A stretch of DNA of 29,314 nucleotides from a bacterium (GCA_037137535.1 JBAXKC010000031.1:1-29314), one strand, 5' to 3'; positions 1 through 9,725 are shown, counted from the first letter of the stretch. The notes: generated by a model not told the origin, from the letters alone. Made by a program: numbers and translations.

Positions 1-87
1 AGAAACTCGTGGAGTACTAAGTTCTAATCGTTAGGAAAAACGGGGGCAGGTCAAGATTTCTCTTGCTGAATATTCAATTAAAAGTTT

Positions 88-124
88 AAATTAAGACTCT
101 CGCAATTTGTGGGAGTCTTAATTT
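88..124 (+). terminator. Intrinsic terminator-like hairpin
   Basis: AAATTAAGACTCTCGCA-ATT-TGTGGGAGTCTTAATTT, an inverted repeat with G-U pairs; ends an upstream transcript lying mostly outside the window. Confidence 0.65.
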
Positions 125-244
125 ATTATGATTATACGATTTCCTTACTTGTATTAATTTTTTGAAATTAATAGTTTTTATGGCACTAATGCTCTATTAT
201 TATGTATAATAGTTAAATGAAGATGTTTGAGGTGGTTTGCCTTT

Positions 245-568
245 ATGAATAAAAATTATAATATTATCCACATAAACTCACTAACGGGTATTATAGTTGT
301 TTTATTGCTTATTTCGGGCTTTATATGTGGTTTTATTCTGCTTCCTGTATGGGTTGTGAAAAATATATGGAATATGTTAGTTGGTCAAATGCTTAATGGA
401 CCTATCATTCAATATTATCAGGCAGCTCTTTTGTGGGTTTTAATTGCATTAGGATTATATATGAATAATAAAAACGCTATTCGTATAAGAAGAGTTAAGT
501 CAGATATAGACCCTTCTGACAAAAATAATATTGAAATTATTATGAAAGAAGATTCTGATAACGATTAA
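245..568 (+). CDS. Small hypothetical membrane protein (2-3 TM helices)
   Basis: Hydrophobic segments (GIIVVLLLISGFICGFILLPVWVV; AALLWVLIALGLY). ATG 245 is preferred over TTG 227 because a GAGGTGG SD lies upstream. Confidence 0.7.
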   Translation: MNKNYNIIHINSLTGIIVVLLLISGFICGFILLPVWVVKNIWNMLVGQMLNGPIIQYYQAALLWVLIALGLYMNNKNAIRIRRVKSDIDPSDKNNIEIIMKEDSDND

Positions 569-593
569 TTCGGATTTTTATTTTTTTTGTTAT

Positions 594-626
594 AAAAAAA
601 CCGAAGTTTTAAAACTTCGGTTTTTT
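594..626. terminator. Bidirectional intrinsic terminator
   Basis: A7-CCGAAGTTTTAAAACTTCGG-T6, a perfect palindrome between convergent genes. Confidence 0.85.
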
Positions 627-642
627 CTATTTTTATTGGTTA

Positions 643-1290
643 TTAACCTTGAGTTTGTTTCATAACTTCTTCAACGAAGTTATCTTCTCTTTTTTCAAGA
701 CCTTCACCAAGTGTGTATTTTGTAAATCTTCTTACGGAGATTTTTTCACCGATTTTAACGATTTTTTCTTTAATCATTTCGTCGATTGTTATACTAGGAT
801 CTTTAACAAACGGTTGCTCAAGAAGAACTCTTTGAGCCATAAGTTTATCAACTCTTCCTGTAACGATTTTATCAACAATTGCTTCAGGTTTGCCAGCTAA
901 GTCAGCTTTACCTGATTCAATTCTTTTTTCTTCTTCGATTACACTTGCAGGGATTTCATCTCTTGAAACGAATTCAGGTGATGAACTTGCAATATGTAAG
1001 CAAATATCTTTAACAAGCTGTTGGAATTCTTCGTTTTTAGCTACGAAGTCTGTTTCGCAGTTAACTTCAACGATAACACCAATTCTTCCACCGTGAACGT
1101 ATGTTCCAACAATGCCTTCAGCAGCAATACGGGACATTTTTTTATCAGCAGAAGCAATACCTTTTTGTCTTAGGTATTCAGTTGCTTTTTCTATACTTCC
1201 ATCGCATTCAGTAAGTGCTTTTTTAGCATCCATAATTCCTGCGCCGGTTTTTTCTCTTAATTCTTTTACTTGAGCAGCGGTAATAGCCAT
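643..1290 (-). CDS. tsf: Elongation factor Ts (short 215-aa form)
   Basis: N-terminal [29 protein letters not shown] motif, directly downstream of rpsB. Confidence 0.98.
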   Translation of the reverse strand: MAITAAQVKELREKTGAGIMDAKKALTECDGSIEKATEYLRQKGIASADKKMSRIAAEGIVGTYVHGGRIGVIVEVNCETDFVAKNEEFQQLVKDICLHIASSSPEFVSRDEIPASVIEEEKRIESGKADLAGKPEAIVDKIVTGRVDKLMAQRVLLEQPFVKDPSITIDEMIKEKIVKIGEKISVRRFTKYTLGEGLEKREDNFVEEVMKQTQG

Positions 1291-1312
1291 TTTATTTATT
1301 TCTCCTCCGAAC

Positions 1313-2104
1313 TTATTCTTCTGTTTTTGCTGTTTCTTGAGCTACTTCTTCTTCAACGCCAGCGTCTTTAGCTGTAATTGTTTCGAATTTCTCAGGAAGT
1401 TCGTCTTTTCCGATGTTTTCTCTTCTGCTTTTTCCTTCGATAACTGCATCAGCAATTTTACCTGTTACAAGTTTAATTGCTCTGATAGCATCGTCGTTAC
1501 CAGGAATTACATAATCAATACCATCTGGATCACAGTTTGTATCAACAAGGCAAACGATAGGAATGTTAAGTTTATTAGCTTCTTTAACTGCAATAAGTTC
1601 TCTTTTTTGGTCGATAATGAAAAGAAGATCAGGCATTCCTTTCATGTTTTTAATACCGCCAAGTGATTTATTGAGTTTTTCAAGTTGTCTTGTTAATGAA
1701 GCAACTTCTTTTTTAGGAAGTCTTTCGAAGATTCCTTCTTCTTGCATTCTTTCAAGTTCTTTAAGTTTGTTGATTCTTGATTTAATTGTTTCAAAGTTTG
1801 TAAGCATTCCGCCTAACCATCTTTTGTTTACGAAGTAAGCACCACATCTGTTTGCTTCTTCTTCAACAATTTCACTTGCTTGTTTTTTGGTTCCAACGAA
1901 TACTACATTTTTACCTTTAGCTGCAAGATCTCTTACAACGTCGTAAGCGTTATCAAGAAGCTGTGAGGTTTTTCTTAAGTCTAAAATGTAAATTCCGTTT
2001 CTTTCACCGAATATATATCTTTTCATTTTTGGATTCCAACGTCTTGTTTGGTGTCCAAAGTGTACTCCGGCTTCTAAAAGTTCTACCATTGATGCTACTG
2101 GCAT
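1313..2104 (-). CDS. rpsB: 30S ribosomal protein S2
   Basis: [27 protein letters not shown] and [10 protein letters not shown] motifs; AAGGAG SD. Confidence 0.99.
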   Translation of the reverse strand: MPVASMVELLEAGVHFGHQTRRWNPKMKRYIFGERNGIYILDLRKTSQLLDNAYDVVRDLAAKGKNVVFVGTKKQASEIVEEEANRCGAYFVNKRWLGGMLTNFETIKSRINKLKELERMQEEGIFERLPKKEVASLTRQLEKLNKSLGGIKNMKGMPDLLFIIDQKRELIAVKEANKLNIPIVCLVDTNCDPDGIDYVIPGNDDAIRAIKLVTGKIADAVIEGKSRRENIGKDELPEKFETITAKDAGVEEEVAQETAKTEE

Positions 2105-2149
2105 AGTGTAATTTCTCCTTAATCCTTAATTTATAGTGTGTTTTACGGA

Positions 2150-2230
2150 GCGGGAGCGTTTTTGTCATACTACAAAAACGAGGAGCCTCTTTACGAGGGG
2201 TTATCTTAGAAGGTACCGCCTTCTTCCCGC
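2150..2230 (-). promoter_or_regulatory. Structured rpsB 5' leader (putative cis-regulatory RNA)
   Basis: GC-rich island in AT-rich DNA; closing stem GCGGGA/UCCCGC encloses three hairpins. Confidence 0.65.
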
Positions 2231-2450
2231 AATTTTATCAACATATAAGATAGTATTACAAAAAAATAAAAATATTAAAAGAAAAAATTATTTTTACTTT
2301 ATAAGATTGAGTGGTGTTACATATTATCGTTTTGTCTTAGTTTAATTGTTTATGTATTTTTATTTTCAGTCTTGATATTTAGGAGCTAAAAAACATAACG
2401 TATAAGATTTATTATATAAGTAGAATAAATCTATTGTGGAGGTGTAATTT

Positions 2451-2906
2451 ATGGATCTTATTACAGTCAAACCAAGATATTTACTTCGAGATCTTCAGGA
2501 TGAAATGTCAAGAATGATAGAAGATGTTTTTGATGATTTTGGCGTAAATGAATCTCGTAAAAATATTATAGAACAATTTTTAGCTCCTGCGATAGAGCTG
2601 ACAGAGCATGACAATAATTATGAGCTTAAAGTTCAATTACCCGGTATTAATAAGGAGCATATTGATATTGAAGTGTCGAATAATAATATTGTAATAAGAG
2701 GGGAAAGAAAAGAAGAAAAGGAAGAAAACAGCGGTAATATCTATAAATCAGAATTCAGATACGGTAAGTTTTTAAGAACAGTGCCTATGCCTTCAGAGGT
2801 AAAAAGTGACGAAGCCAAGGCTGAATTTGATAATGGTGTTCTTAAAATTACAGTTCCAAAAGTACAGGAAGAAACTAAAAAACTTAATAAACTTAAAATA
2901 GAATAA
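2451..2906 (+). CDS. Hsp20/alpha-crystallin small heat-shock protein
   Basis: PAIELTE...LPGINKEHIDIEV...EFRYGKFLRTVPMP...AEFDNGVLKITVPK; GGAGGTG SD. Confidence 0.95.
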   Translation: MDLITVKPRYLLRDLQDEMSRMIEDVFDDFGVNESRKNIIEQFLAPAIELTEHDNNYELKVQLPGINKEHIDIEVSNNNIVIRGERKEEKEENSGNIYKSEFRYGKFLRTVPMPSEVKSDEAKAEFDNGVLKITVPKVQEETKKLNKLKIE

Positions 2907-2916
2907 TACACTATAA

Positions 2917-2955
2917 CTAAAAAGGGGAACTGACTTATATCAATTCCCCTTTTAG
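2917..2955. terminator. Bidirectional terminator between hsp20 and the Clp-N gene
   Basis: AAAAGGGGAACTGA-loop-TCAATTCCCCTTTT. Confidence 0.8.
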
Positions 2956-2956
2956 C

Positions 2957-4327
2957 TTAATGATGTTGTTTTCTTATTTCTCTAAGAATACCCTGCTTGA
3001 TTTCGAGCATATCGACACCGAGATTTTCAAGAACTTTCATTGCCATGCAGTCATGAGTTTTAATTATTCCTAAAAGCAGGTGTTCTGATTCTATTTTTGT
3101 ACTGTTATATTTTTTAGCTTTAGACCAGGCTATTTCAATTAATTTTTTTGCTCTCGGTGTAAAAGCAAGATCTTTTTCAAAGTATCTGTCGCTATATCCG
3201 AGTAATTTTTCTATTTCTATTCTTGTATCTTTAATTGTAATGCCTAATTCATGAAGAACTCTAGCACCAATTCCGCTGCCTTCTCCTAAAACACCTAATA
3301 AAAGCTGTTCAGTTCCTACTATTGTTTGTCCCATTGCTCTTGCTTCTTCTTTTGCTAGCTTGATGATAGTCAGCGTTACCGGTTTTTGTTTTTCTATTGG
3401 TTTTAAAATTTTATCTGCAATTGTTTCAGGGCTTATCTCTAAATCTTTTAATATTTTATAGGCAATACCCTTTTTTTCTTTTAATACTCCTAATAAAATA
3501 TGTTCGGGCTTGATATTTGCAAATCCTAATTCTTTTGCCTGTTCATAGGCACTTGTAATGGCTGAAAATGCACTTGGTGTAAATTGACATTCTTCAGTAA
3601 ATTCAAGCTCTCTTGAATGTAACAGGGAAAGTTTTTCATAGAAACTGCTTTTGTTAAGTCCAGCATTTTCTAATATTTCTGCAACAGGACTGTCTTTGCA
3701 TTCAAGCATAGACAGTAAAATTTGTTCTGTTCCAAGTATTTCATAGTTTGTATTTTCAAGATGAGATTTTGCTGTTTCCATTAATTTTACTGAATCGGGT
3801 TCTTTGAAAATTGATGGAATCGCATAATGCTTTAAGTCAAGGTTATGAGGTTTTTTGTGTTCTTCTGGGTGTATAGATACTTTGGCTTTTTTCTCTGCCA
3901 TTTTTCTTATACTGGTAGAAATTCTTTCGATATTTACGTCTAAATCTTCAAGAATATTTTTAACATTTGAATTTTTTTCATTTAAAAGGGCTAAAAAGAT
4001 ATGTTCAGGGTTAATATATCCTATTCCTTGTACTTTAGTGGAATCGGATACGGCTTGTAATATTTTTTTAGTTACTGTTCCAAACTGAAGATTTTTTGAA
4101 TTAACGTCTCCAGCTGTTTTTTTACCCGGGATTTCGTTTAGTTTGTTTCTTAGTTCTTCAATTTGTACTCCTGATGCTCTAAGAAATCTTGCAGGAATGT
4201 TTGAGCCTTCTTTAACTATTCCGGCTAAAATATGCTCCGGATAGATTTTAGGATATTGTGCTAAAATAGCTTCTTCCTGCGAAGCTGTAATCACCTTAAT
4301 GGACTTTTCAGTAAACCGTTCGAACAA
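2957..4327 (-). CDS. Protein of three tandem ClpC-type N-terminal (Clp-R) domains, no AAA+ module
   Basis: Starts MFERFTEK (TTG start); six E[HQ][IL][LF] repeat motifs; no Walker A or B. Confidence 0.9.
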   Translation of the reverse strand: MFERFTEKSIKVITASQEEAILAQYPKIYPEHILAGIVKEGSNIPARFLRASGVQIEELRNKLNEIPGKKTAGDVNSKNLQFGTVTKKILQAVSDSTKVQGIGYINPEHIFLALLNEKNSNVKNILEDLDVNIERISTSIRKMAEKKAKVSIHPEEHKKPHNLDLKHYAIPSIFKEPDSVKLMETAKSHLENTNYEILGTEQILLSMLECKDSPVAEILENAGLNKSSFYEKLSLLHSRELEFTEECQFTPSAFSAITSAYEQAKELGFANIKPEHILLGVLKEKKGIAYKILKDLEISPETIADKILKPIEKQKPVTLTIIKLAKEEARAMGQTIVGTEQLLLGVLGEGSGIGARVLHELGITIKDTRIEIEKLLGYSDRYFEKDLAFTPRAKKLIEIAWSKAKKYNSTKIESEHLLLGIIKTHDCMAMKVLENLGVDMLEIKQGILREIRKQHH

Positions 4328-4431
4328 ACTTTTTCCCTTTGTAAATATATAATATTCCGTAATTTATTTTAATCTAAATTTTAATTAATGGGAATACAAT
4401 AAAAAATTTAGTCGTAATTCTTTATTTTCTT

Positions 4432-4492
4432 TTGATAGCCTAAAGTTAGAACTATTAAAATACATTAAACGTATGATAACCCATGTCGAGAT
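4432..4492 (+). promoter_or_regulatory. Candidate promoters for the pil operon (sigma70-like and sigma28-like)
   Basis: TTGATA-N18-TAAAAT (4432-4461) and TAAA-N15-GTCGAGAT (4466-4492). Confidence 0.3.
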
Positions 4493-4556
4493 TAATAATA
4501 AAGTAGAGAAGGTAGAACTACTATAAATATAGTTAAAGAATAAAAGTGGTAGCTGG

Positions 4557-5660
4557 ATGAATTTTAAGCTTTTTTCAAGAACATCTGCTTCAAGGCTGGG
4601 ATTAGAGTTTTCTTCCGAGGGTATAATAGCAATACAGCTGAGTGAAGCTAAAAAACAAAAAAGTCTTGAAAAACTTTCAAGAAGGATTTTTGAGTCGGGT
4701 TCTGTTGTTCAGGGCGGGCAAATTATTGACGAGTCCACATTTATAAAAGTTTTATCTTCTATGATTATAGATGATGGACTTAATGCGAAAACTGTTCATG
4801 TTTCTGTTCCTAGTAGTGCTGCTTTTATTAAAACAATAACTCTTCCCGATCTCCCCGTTAATGAGCTTCGTGCAATTGTCATGCAGGAGTCTGAAAACCA
4901 TATTTCTTTTCCGTTGGAAGAAGTTAATATTGATATAGATATCATTGAATCCAGCAGGCGGTCAGATGAAGATGGCAAAAAAATAGATGTAGTCCTCGCT
5001 GCTCTTCCTAAAACAGTATCAAAAAATATTGTTGAGATTATGTCAAAAGTAGGCTTGAAAGTAGAATCTATTGATATTTCTGCTTTTTCTGCGATAAGAA
5101 CTTTAGCTAATGCCGGTTTTATTGATGAGAGTGATTCTATTAGTGTTTCGGTGCTTATAGGTTATGAAAATACAGATATTAATATTCTGCAAAAAGGAAT
5201 GCCCGTATTTTCAAACAATTTGCCGATAGGAAAGAAAAATCTTATTGAATCATTAAAAATAGCCTTGGATATGGACATAATGGATCTTGAAAATTTACTT
5301 CCTGAAGTTGCCCTTATTATTCCAGGTTCATCAATTTTGCAGGAAGGGCTTGCTGTAAAAGCATCGACGCTGGCTAAAAATGTTTATAATTTAATACTTT
5401 TAGAAGTAGAAAAAACAATAGATTTTTATCAATCACAAGTTTCATGTGAAGTGGAAATTAAGAATATTATAATCAGCGGAACAGGTATTTGTATTCAAAA
5501 TATTGATAAATATTTTATAAACAGATTAAAAATATACACTTTAATGTGTGATTCCCTCAAAAATATTGAAACTTCTATTGTTTCTACTGAAAATCTTATA
5601 TACCCCATAAATGTTCCTTCTATGGCTTCAGTTATGGGCTTGGCGCTGAGAGGATTATAA
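4557..5660 (+). CDS. pilM: Type IV pilus assembly protein PilM
   Basis: Actin/FtsA-like layout (LGLEFS, HISFPLEEVNID, IDISAFSAIR, IDFYQSQ, IIISGTG, GLALRG); first gene of the cluster. Confidence 0.9.
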   Translation: MNFKLFSRTSASRLGLEFSSEGIIAIQLSEAKKQKSLEKLSRRIFESGSVVQGGQIIDESTFIKVLSSMIIDDGLNAKTVHVSVPSSAAFIKTITLPDLPVNELRAIVMQESENHISFPLEEVNIDIDIIESSRRSDEDGKKIDVVLAALPKTVSKNIVEIMSKVGLKVESIDISAFSAIRTLANAGFIDESDSISVSVLIGYENTDINILQKGMPVFSNNLPIGKKNLIESLKIALDMDIMDLENLLPEVALIIPGSSILQEGLAVKASTLAKNVYNLILLEVEKTIDFYQSQVSCEVEIKNIIISGTGICIQNIDKYFINRLKIYTLMCDSLKNIETSIVSTENLIYPINVPSMASVMGLALRGL

Positions 5661-5663
5661 TTA

Positions 5664-6350
5664 GTGAAAACTATTAACATAAACTTATTAGGATCTTCGG
5701 TTTCGTCAAATGCCAATTTGACGACATCTTACAGTTCATCTGTAAAAGAAGATATAGTTGGTGAGAGCACAAAGACACTTTCAAAAATTATAATCATCGC
5801 TTCTTCAGTACTATTTTTCGGATGTTTTTGTGTGTGGAGCTATAACCTTTCTGTTATTGCTTCGTTAAAATCTAAGATTTCTTCTCTTACTAATGAATAC
5901 GGAACTTTATCTTCTGAGTATAAAGAGCTTGACAGCTTAGGGAAAGCACTTGTTGCGGAAAGAAAAATACTTGAAGAAAAATTGAAATATCAGCAAAAAA
6001 TAGATAAGGATTTTCTCCCATGGTCTAAGTTATTAGCTGATGTTGCAAGAGCTATACCTCAAAATCTTGTAATAGATCAAATAAGCAAGCAGGAACGACC
6101 TGATATTATCGGTAACGTTAATTATCTTGAAATAAAAGGCAGAATTAACCAAGGAAAATCTCCTCTTCAGTCTCTTTCTTTCTTTATACTGAATTTGAAT
6201 GAGAATGCTAAATTAAATTCTATTCTTAATAATGCAAAGGCTTCAAATGTTAAATTTGATGACAAAGACAGCTGTTATACATTTGATCTTACAGCAGATA
6301 TAAAGCTTCCTGAAGTAAAAGAACCTCAGGAAAAAAAGGCTAAGGGTTAA
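5664..6350 (+). CDS. pilN: Type IV pilus assembly protein PilN
   Basis: ININLL N-terminal PilM-binding motif, one TM, coiled coil, PWSKLLADVARAIP. Confidence 0.85.
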   Translation: MKTININLLGSSVSSNANLTTSYSSSVKEDIVGESTKTLSKIIIIASSVLFFGCFCVWSYNLSVIASLKSKISSLTNEYGTLSSEYKELDSLGKALVAERKILEEKLKYQQKIDKDFLPWSKLLADVARAIPQNLVIDQISKQERPDIIGNVNYLEIKGRINQGKSPLQSLSFFILNLNENAKLNSILNNAKASNVKFDDKDSCYTFDLTADIKLPEVKEPQEKKAKG

Positions 6351-6351
6351 T

Positions 6352-6984
6352 ATGAATAAATCAAATAAAATTATAGCTTTAAGTCTGTTACCCGTAATAC
6401 TTACGGTTATATTCTCATTATATGTGATGATGCCTTCTTATGATAAATTAAACAGCACTAAAACAGAGTTTGAGTCTCAGACTTCTTTATTAAATGAGCT
6501 TAAAGATAAAGTTCAGAATGCTAAAAACAATAAAGCAAATTTATTGATAATCGATAAATTGAAAAAAACTCTTTCGGGTTTTGATGAACAGGTTTCTGAT
6601 GATTATGATTCAGCATTACTTGTTTTTGACGGTGAAAAAATAGCTCATCTGTCCGGAGTTAAATTAATTGCTTTTAACATAAAAGAAGAAACAGCAGAAA
6701 GTGTAGAGCAAAATCTTCCGATAAAGCGTAATATGTCTGCAAATAAACCTGTTAAAAAAACAAATTTGACGGAATTGTCTGCTATACCTGTTTCTGTTGT
6801 AGTTGAAGGTCATTATTTAAGCATAATAGATTTTGTCAGTAATATTGAAAGTTATCAGCGAAAAATAAATATAACTAATATTGAAGTAAAAAGATCTACC
6901 GATAAAAAAGATAATACACTTCAAGCCGTACTTGATTGCAAATTCTATAAAGTAAAGCAAATCAATGCTTTGGAGGTTAAATAA
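6352..6984 (+). CDS. pilO: Type IV pilus assembly protein PilO
   Basis: N-terminal TM, coiled coil, VEGHYLSIIDFVSNIESYQRKINI; position in operon. Confidence 0.85.
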   Translation: MNKSNKIIALSLLPVILTVIFSLYVMMPSYDKLNSTKTEFESQTSLLNELKDKVQNAKNNKANLLIIDKLKKTLSGFDEQVSDDYDSALLVFDGEKIAHLSGVKLIAFNIKEETAESVEQNLPIKRNMSANKPVKKTNLTELSAIPVSVVVEGHYLSIIDFVSNIESYQRKINITNIEVKRSTDKKDNTLQAVLDCKFYKVKQINALEVK

Positions 6985-7764
6985 ATGGATGAGAGAAGAA
7001 TATATATCGATCAAGCAGATGAAGCCGAAGCAAATGAGGAAAGAAATAAGAAAATTCTGGCGATATTGTTAATTTTACTTGTGTTTAGCGGTGTTTATTA
7101 TTATTTTACTTTGAAAAAACCACAAGTGTCACAAACTTCTGTTACGGTAGAGCCTATGGTTGATAATACTTCTATCGCTAAAAATAAATCTGTATCAGAG
7201 CTTAAAACAGATAAAAATTCATTGGCAAAAGTAATTTCTCCTGAAATAAAAGATAAATTAAAGGAAAAAGCTGCAGAAGTTGATAAAAAGTTATCATTTA
7301 GCTCTGGAAAAATTATTTTACCGACACAAAAGAAAAATATTATAAGTTTTGCCGTAAGTGTAGGAGGGAAATCAGATCCGTTTTATGATAAAAATGCTGA
7401 TTCCACAGAGGTTGAAGCTTCTGATAATAAAAAATTAAAAATTCCTCCTTCCGTTTCTCCTGCGGGCTTACCTTTTATTACAGGAGTACCTTCCAATTTT
7501 TCGGGGAATTTATTTGCTCCCTATGTAGATAAAATTGAGCTTAAAGGCTTTATCGGGAATAAAGCCATATTAGCTTATGAAGATGATATTCAGACTTTAA
7601 AGGCCAAAAATTCTTTTCATGGAGCGGTAATATTGTCAGTAAATCCATATAGTTATTGTGTCAAGCTGAAAAAAGGCAATAAGATTTATACTAAGCGAAT
7701 AAAGGATCTGGCAGAGCCGTCTTATACCGAATCTGCATCATCGCTTCCAAAGTTAAGTATGTAA
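6985..7764 (+). CDS. Membrane-anchored protein in the PilP position
   Basis: One TM, GKSDPF motif (cf. PilP RDPF), C-terminal LKGFIGNKAIL beta domain; between pilO and pilQ. Confidence 0.55.
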   Translation: MDERRIYIDQADEAEANEERNKKILAILLILLVFSGVYYYFTLKKPQVSQTSVTVEPMVDNTSIAKNKSVSELKTDKNSLAKVISPEIKDKLKEKAAEVDKKLSFSSGKIILPTQKKNIISFAVSVGGKSDPFYDKNADSTEVEASDNKKLKIPPSVSPAGLPFITGVPSNFSGNLFAPYVDKIELKGFIGNKAILAYEDDIQTLKAKNSFHGAVILSVNPYSYCVKLKKGNKIYTKRIKDLAEPSYTESASSLPKLSM

Positions 7765-7777
7765 TTAAAACAGAGGT

Positions 7778-9685
7778 ATGAAATCAATGAAAAAGTTTAA
7801 TAACTTAAATAAAAATAAATTAATGACTGCATCTGTTTTAGCTTTTTGTCTGATTTATCAGTCTGCTGCATTTTGTGAGTATTATGATCCGAATGTGCAA
7901 ATTAAAACAATAAGATCATCGGTAAAAGATATGGTTATTGCAAAAGATAAGCCTATGGATAGGCAATTAATCGATGATTATAAAGGAATGCTTAAATCAA
8001 ATTATATTGATCATAACTCTGCAAATTCAAAAATTATAAATTTAAAAACTGAGTTTAATACTTTTTCTGATGATATAAAAATAGATTTTGCCTTTAGGGA
8101 TTTAGATGTAGCAACGGCTTTAAGACTTCTTGGAAAAGAAGGCGGAAAAAACGTAGTTGTTGATGACAGCGTAAAAGGTACAATTAATATTGATCTTAAA
8201 AATGTTTCGCTGAATGAAGCTATGGAGCTTGTTTTAACCGCTCAAGAGCTTGAAGCAAGAAATATGGGGAATACTGTATTTATTGCTTCAAGGCCTGCAA
8301 TGTCTAAAAAAGGATTAAACAGAAAATTTATTAAGGCTTTTAAATTAAATAATGCAAACGCTGTTGATGTTGCTACTATTTTAGAAGCTAGTGTTTTTAA
8401 TAAAGGTTATGATGTTGATGAAAAAGCATCAGGAGATCAATCAGCATCATCAAGTCTTCCAGCAGCATCAGGTTCTACTCAATCTCAAGCTATGCCTCAA
8501 TCTCCTCCCCATATTCCTGCCGCTTTAGGATCAAATCTGGGCAATCAAAGCTCTTTGAATACTTCATCATCTTCTTCCGCTCAACCTTCTATAAGTGCTG
8601 AAAGTTTATCCTCCTCTGTGGGTGGAACAAGTACAGGTCAAAGTTCTCTTGCAAAGTCAAGAAGTGTAAGGGCTAAAGTTGAAAATATTGATCCGGGAAG
8701 TGGATTTAATGATGCAAATCAGCTCGCAAGCGGTATAAAACTTCAAGGACTTAAAACTGCTATTGAGAAAGTAGATGTTAGCAATAATAATGGCGGAGCG
8801 ATAGTTATTCCTGACACAAGAACAAATTCGGTATTAATTGCAGGATTGAAAGAGGATATTGATCTTGCCGCAGATACTATTAAATATCTTGATAAACCAT
8901 TACAACAGGTTTCTGTAGAGGTTTCTCTGCTTGAAATAAAAGATAATGATTTGAAAGATTTTAACATAGCGGGTGGAGCTCAAGGCAAAAGAGATTTTGG
9001 ATTAGGTTCAAATAATCCTTATGCGGAGACTGTCAAAGATCAGAGTGCTTTTACTCAGGGTATAACTAAAAATACGACTTTATTAACAAAGCAAGATTAT
9101 TTTTCTTTCTTATATGATAATTCTTTGAAAAGTGTAAAAGATACCTTTGCTTTTAAATTGAATTATTTAAATCAAAAAGATAAAATCAAGCTTCTTGCTA
9201 ATCCTACAATAGTTACTCTTGATGGAAGTGAATCCTTAATTAAAATAACCGATCAGATTGTCAGTAGACTTACAGTTTCGGTGGATCAGAATGGAACTAT
9301 TTTTACCACTCCTCAGCTTGCCGATGTTGGTATAGTGCTTAATCTTTTGCCTAAGGTTTCTTCGGATGGCAATGTTACAATGAGAATCAGACCTTCTGTA
9401 ACTTCTGCTGGTCCAAAGATAACAACAGATAAATATGGAGGTTTTGCAACGCCGATTTCTACTAGGGAAGTAATATTACAGGATACAAGGATAAAAGCAG
9501 GTCAAACACTTGCTATTGCAGGCTTAATAAGAGATAACGAGCTTGAAACAATTAAAAAAATACCTGGTCTTGGTGATTTAAAAATATTCGGAAATATGTT
9601 TAAAAACAGATCATTTAGTAAGGAAAAATCAGAACTTATAATTCTTCTTACCCCTAGAATTATGAATGAAATTCCTGCAAATTAA
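7778..9685 (+). CDS. pilQ: Type IV pilus secretin PilQ
   Basis: STN/N domain (FRDLDVATALRLL), DTRTNSVLI, LANPTIVTLDG, GQTLAIAGL, KIPGLGDL, ELIILLTPRI. Confidence 0.93.
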   Translation: MKSMKKFNNLNKNKLMTASVLAFCLIYQSAAFCEYYDPNVQIKTIRSSVKDMVIAKDKPMDRQLIDDYKGMLKSNYIDHNSANSKIINLKTEFNTFSDDIKIDFAFRDLDVATALRLLGKEGGKNVVVDDSVKGTINIDLKNVSLNEAMELVLTAQELEARNMGNTVFIASRPAMSKKGLNRKFIKAFKLNNANAVDVATILEASVFNKGYDVDEKASGDQSASSSLPAASGSTQSQAMPQSPPHIPAALGSNLGNQSSLNTSSSSSAQPSISAESLSSSVGGTSTGQSSLAKSRSVRAKVENIDPGSGFNDANQLASGIKLQGLKTAIEKVDVSNNNGGAIVIPDTRTNSVLIAGLKEDIDLAADTIKYLDKPLQQVSVEVSLLEIKDNDLKDFNIAGGAQGKRDFGLGSNNPYAETVKDQSAFTQGITKNTTLLTKQDYFSFLYDNSLKSVKDTFAFKLNYLNQKDKIKLLANPTIVTLDGSESLIKITDQIVSRLTVSVDQNGTIFTTPQLADVGIVLNLLPKVSSDGNVTMRIRPSVTSAGPKITTDKYGGFATPISTREVILQDTRIKAGQTLAIAGLIRDNELETIKKIPGLGDLKIFGNMFKNRSFSKEKSELIILLTPRIMNEIPAN

Positions 9686-9725
9686 TTGAAGAATTGAGTT
9701 TTTAGTTTTTGGATTTTTTAAATAA

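Noticed and set aside
2136..2345. 69-aa plus-strand ORF
   Set aside because: Antisense to the structured rpsB leader and promoter; no SD or recognisable family
2280..2450. CIRCE/HrcA operator upstream of hsp20
   Set aside because: No TTAGCACTC-N9-GAGTGCTAA match seen
2957..4327. Truncated clpC pseudogene
   Set aside because: Three complete N-domains, a clean stop and terminator, and no AAA remnant downstream
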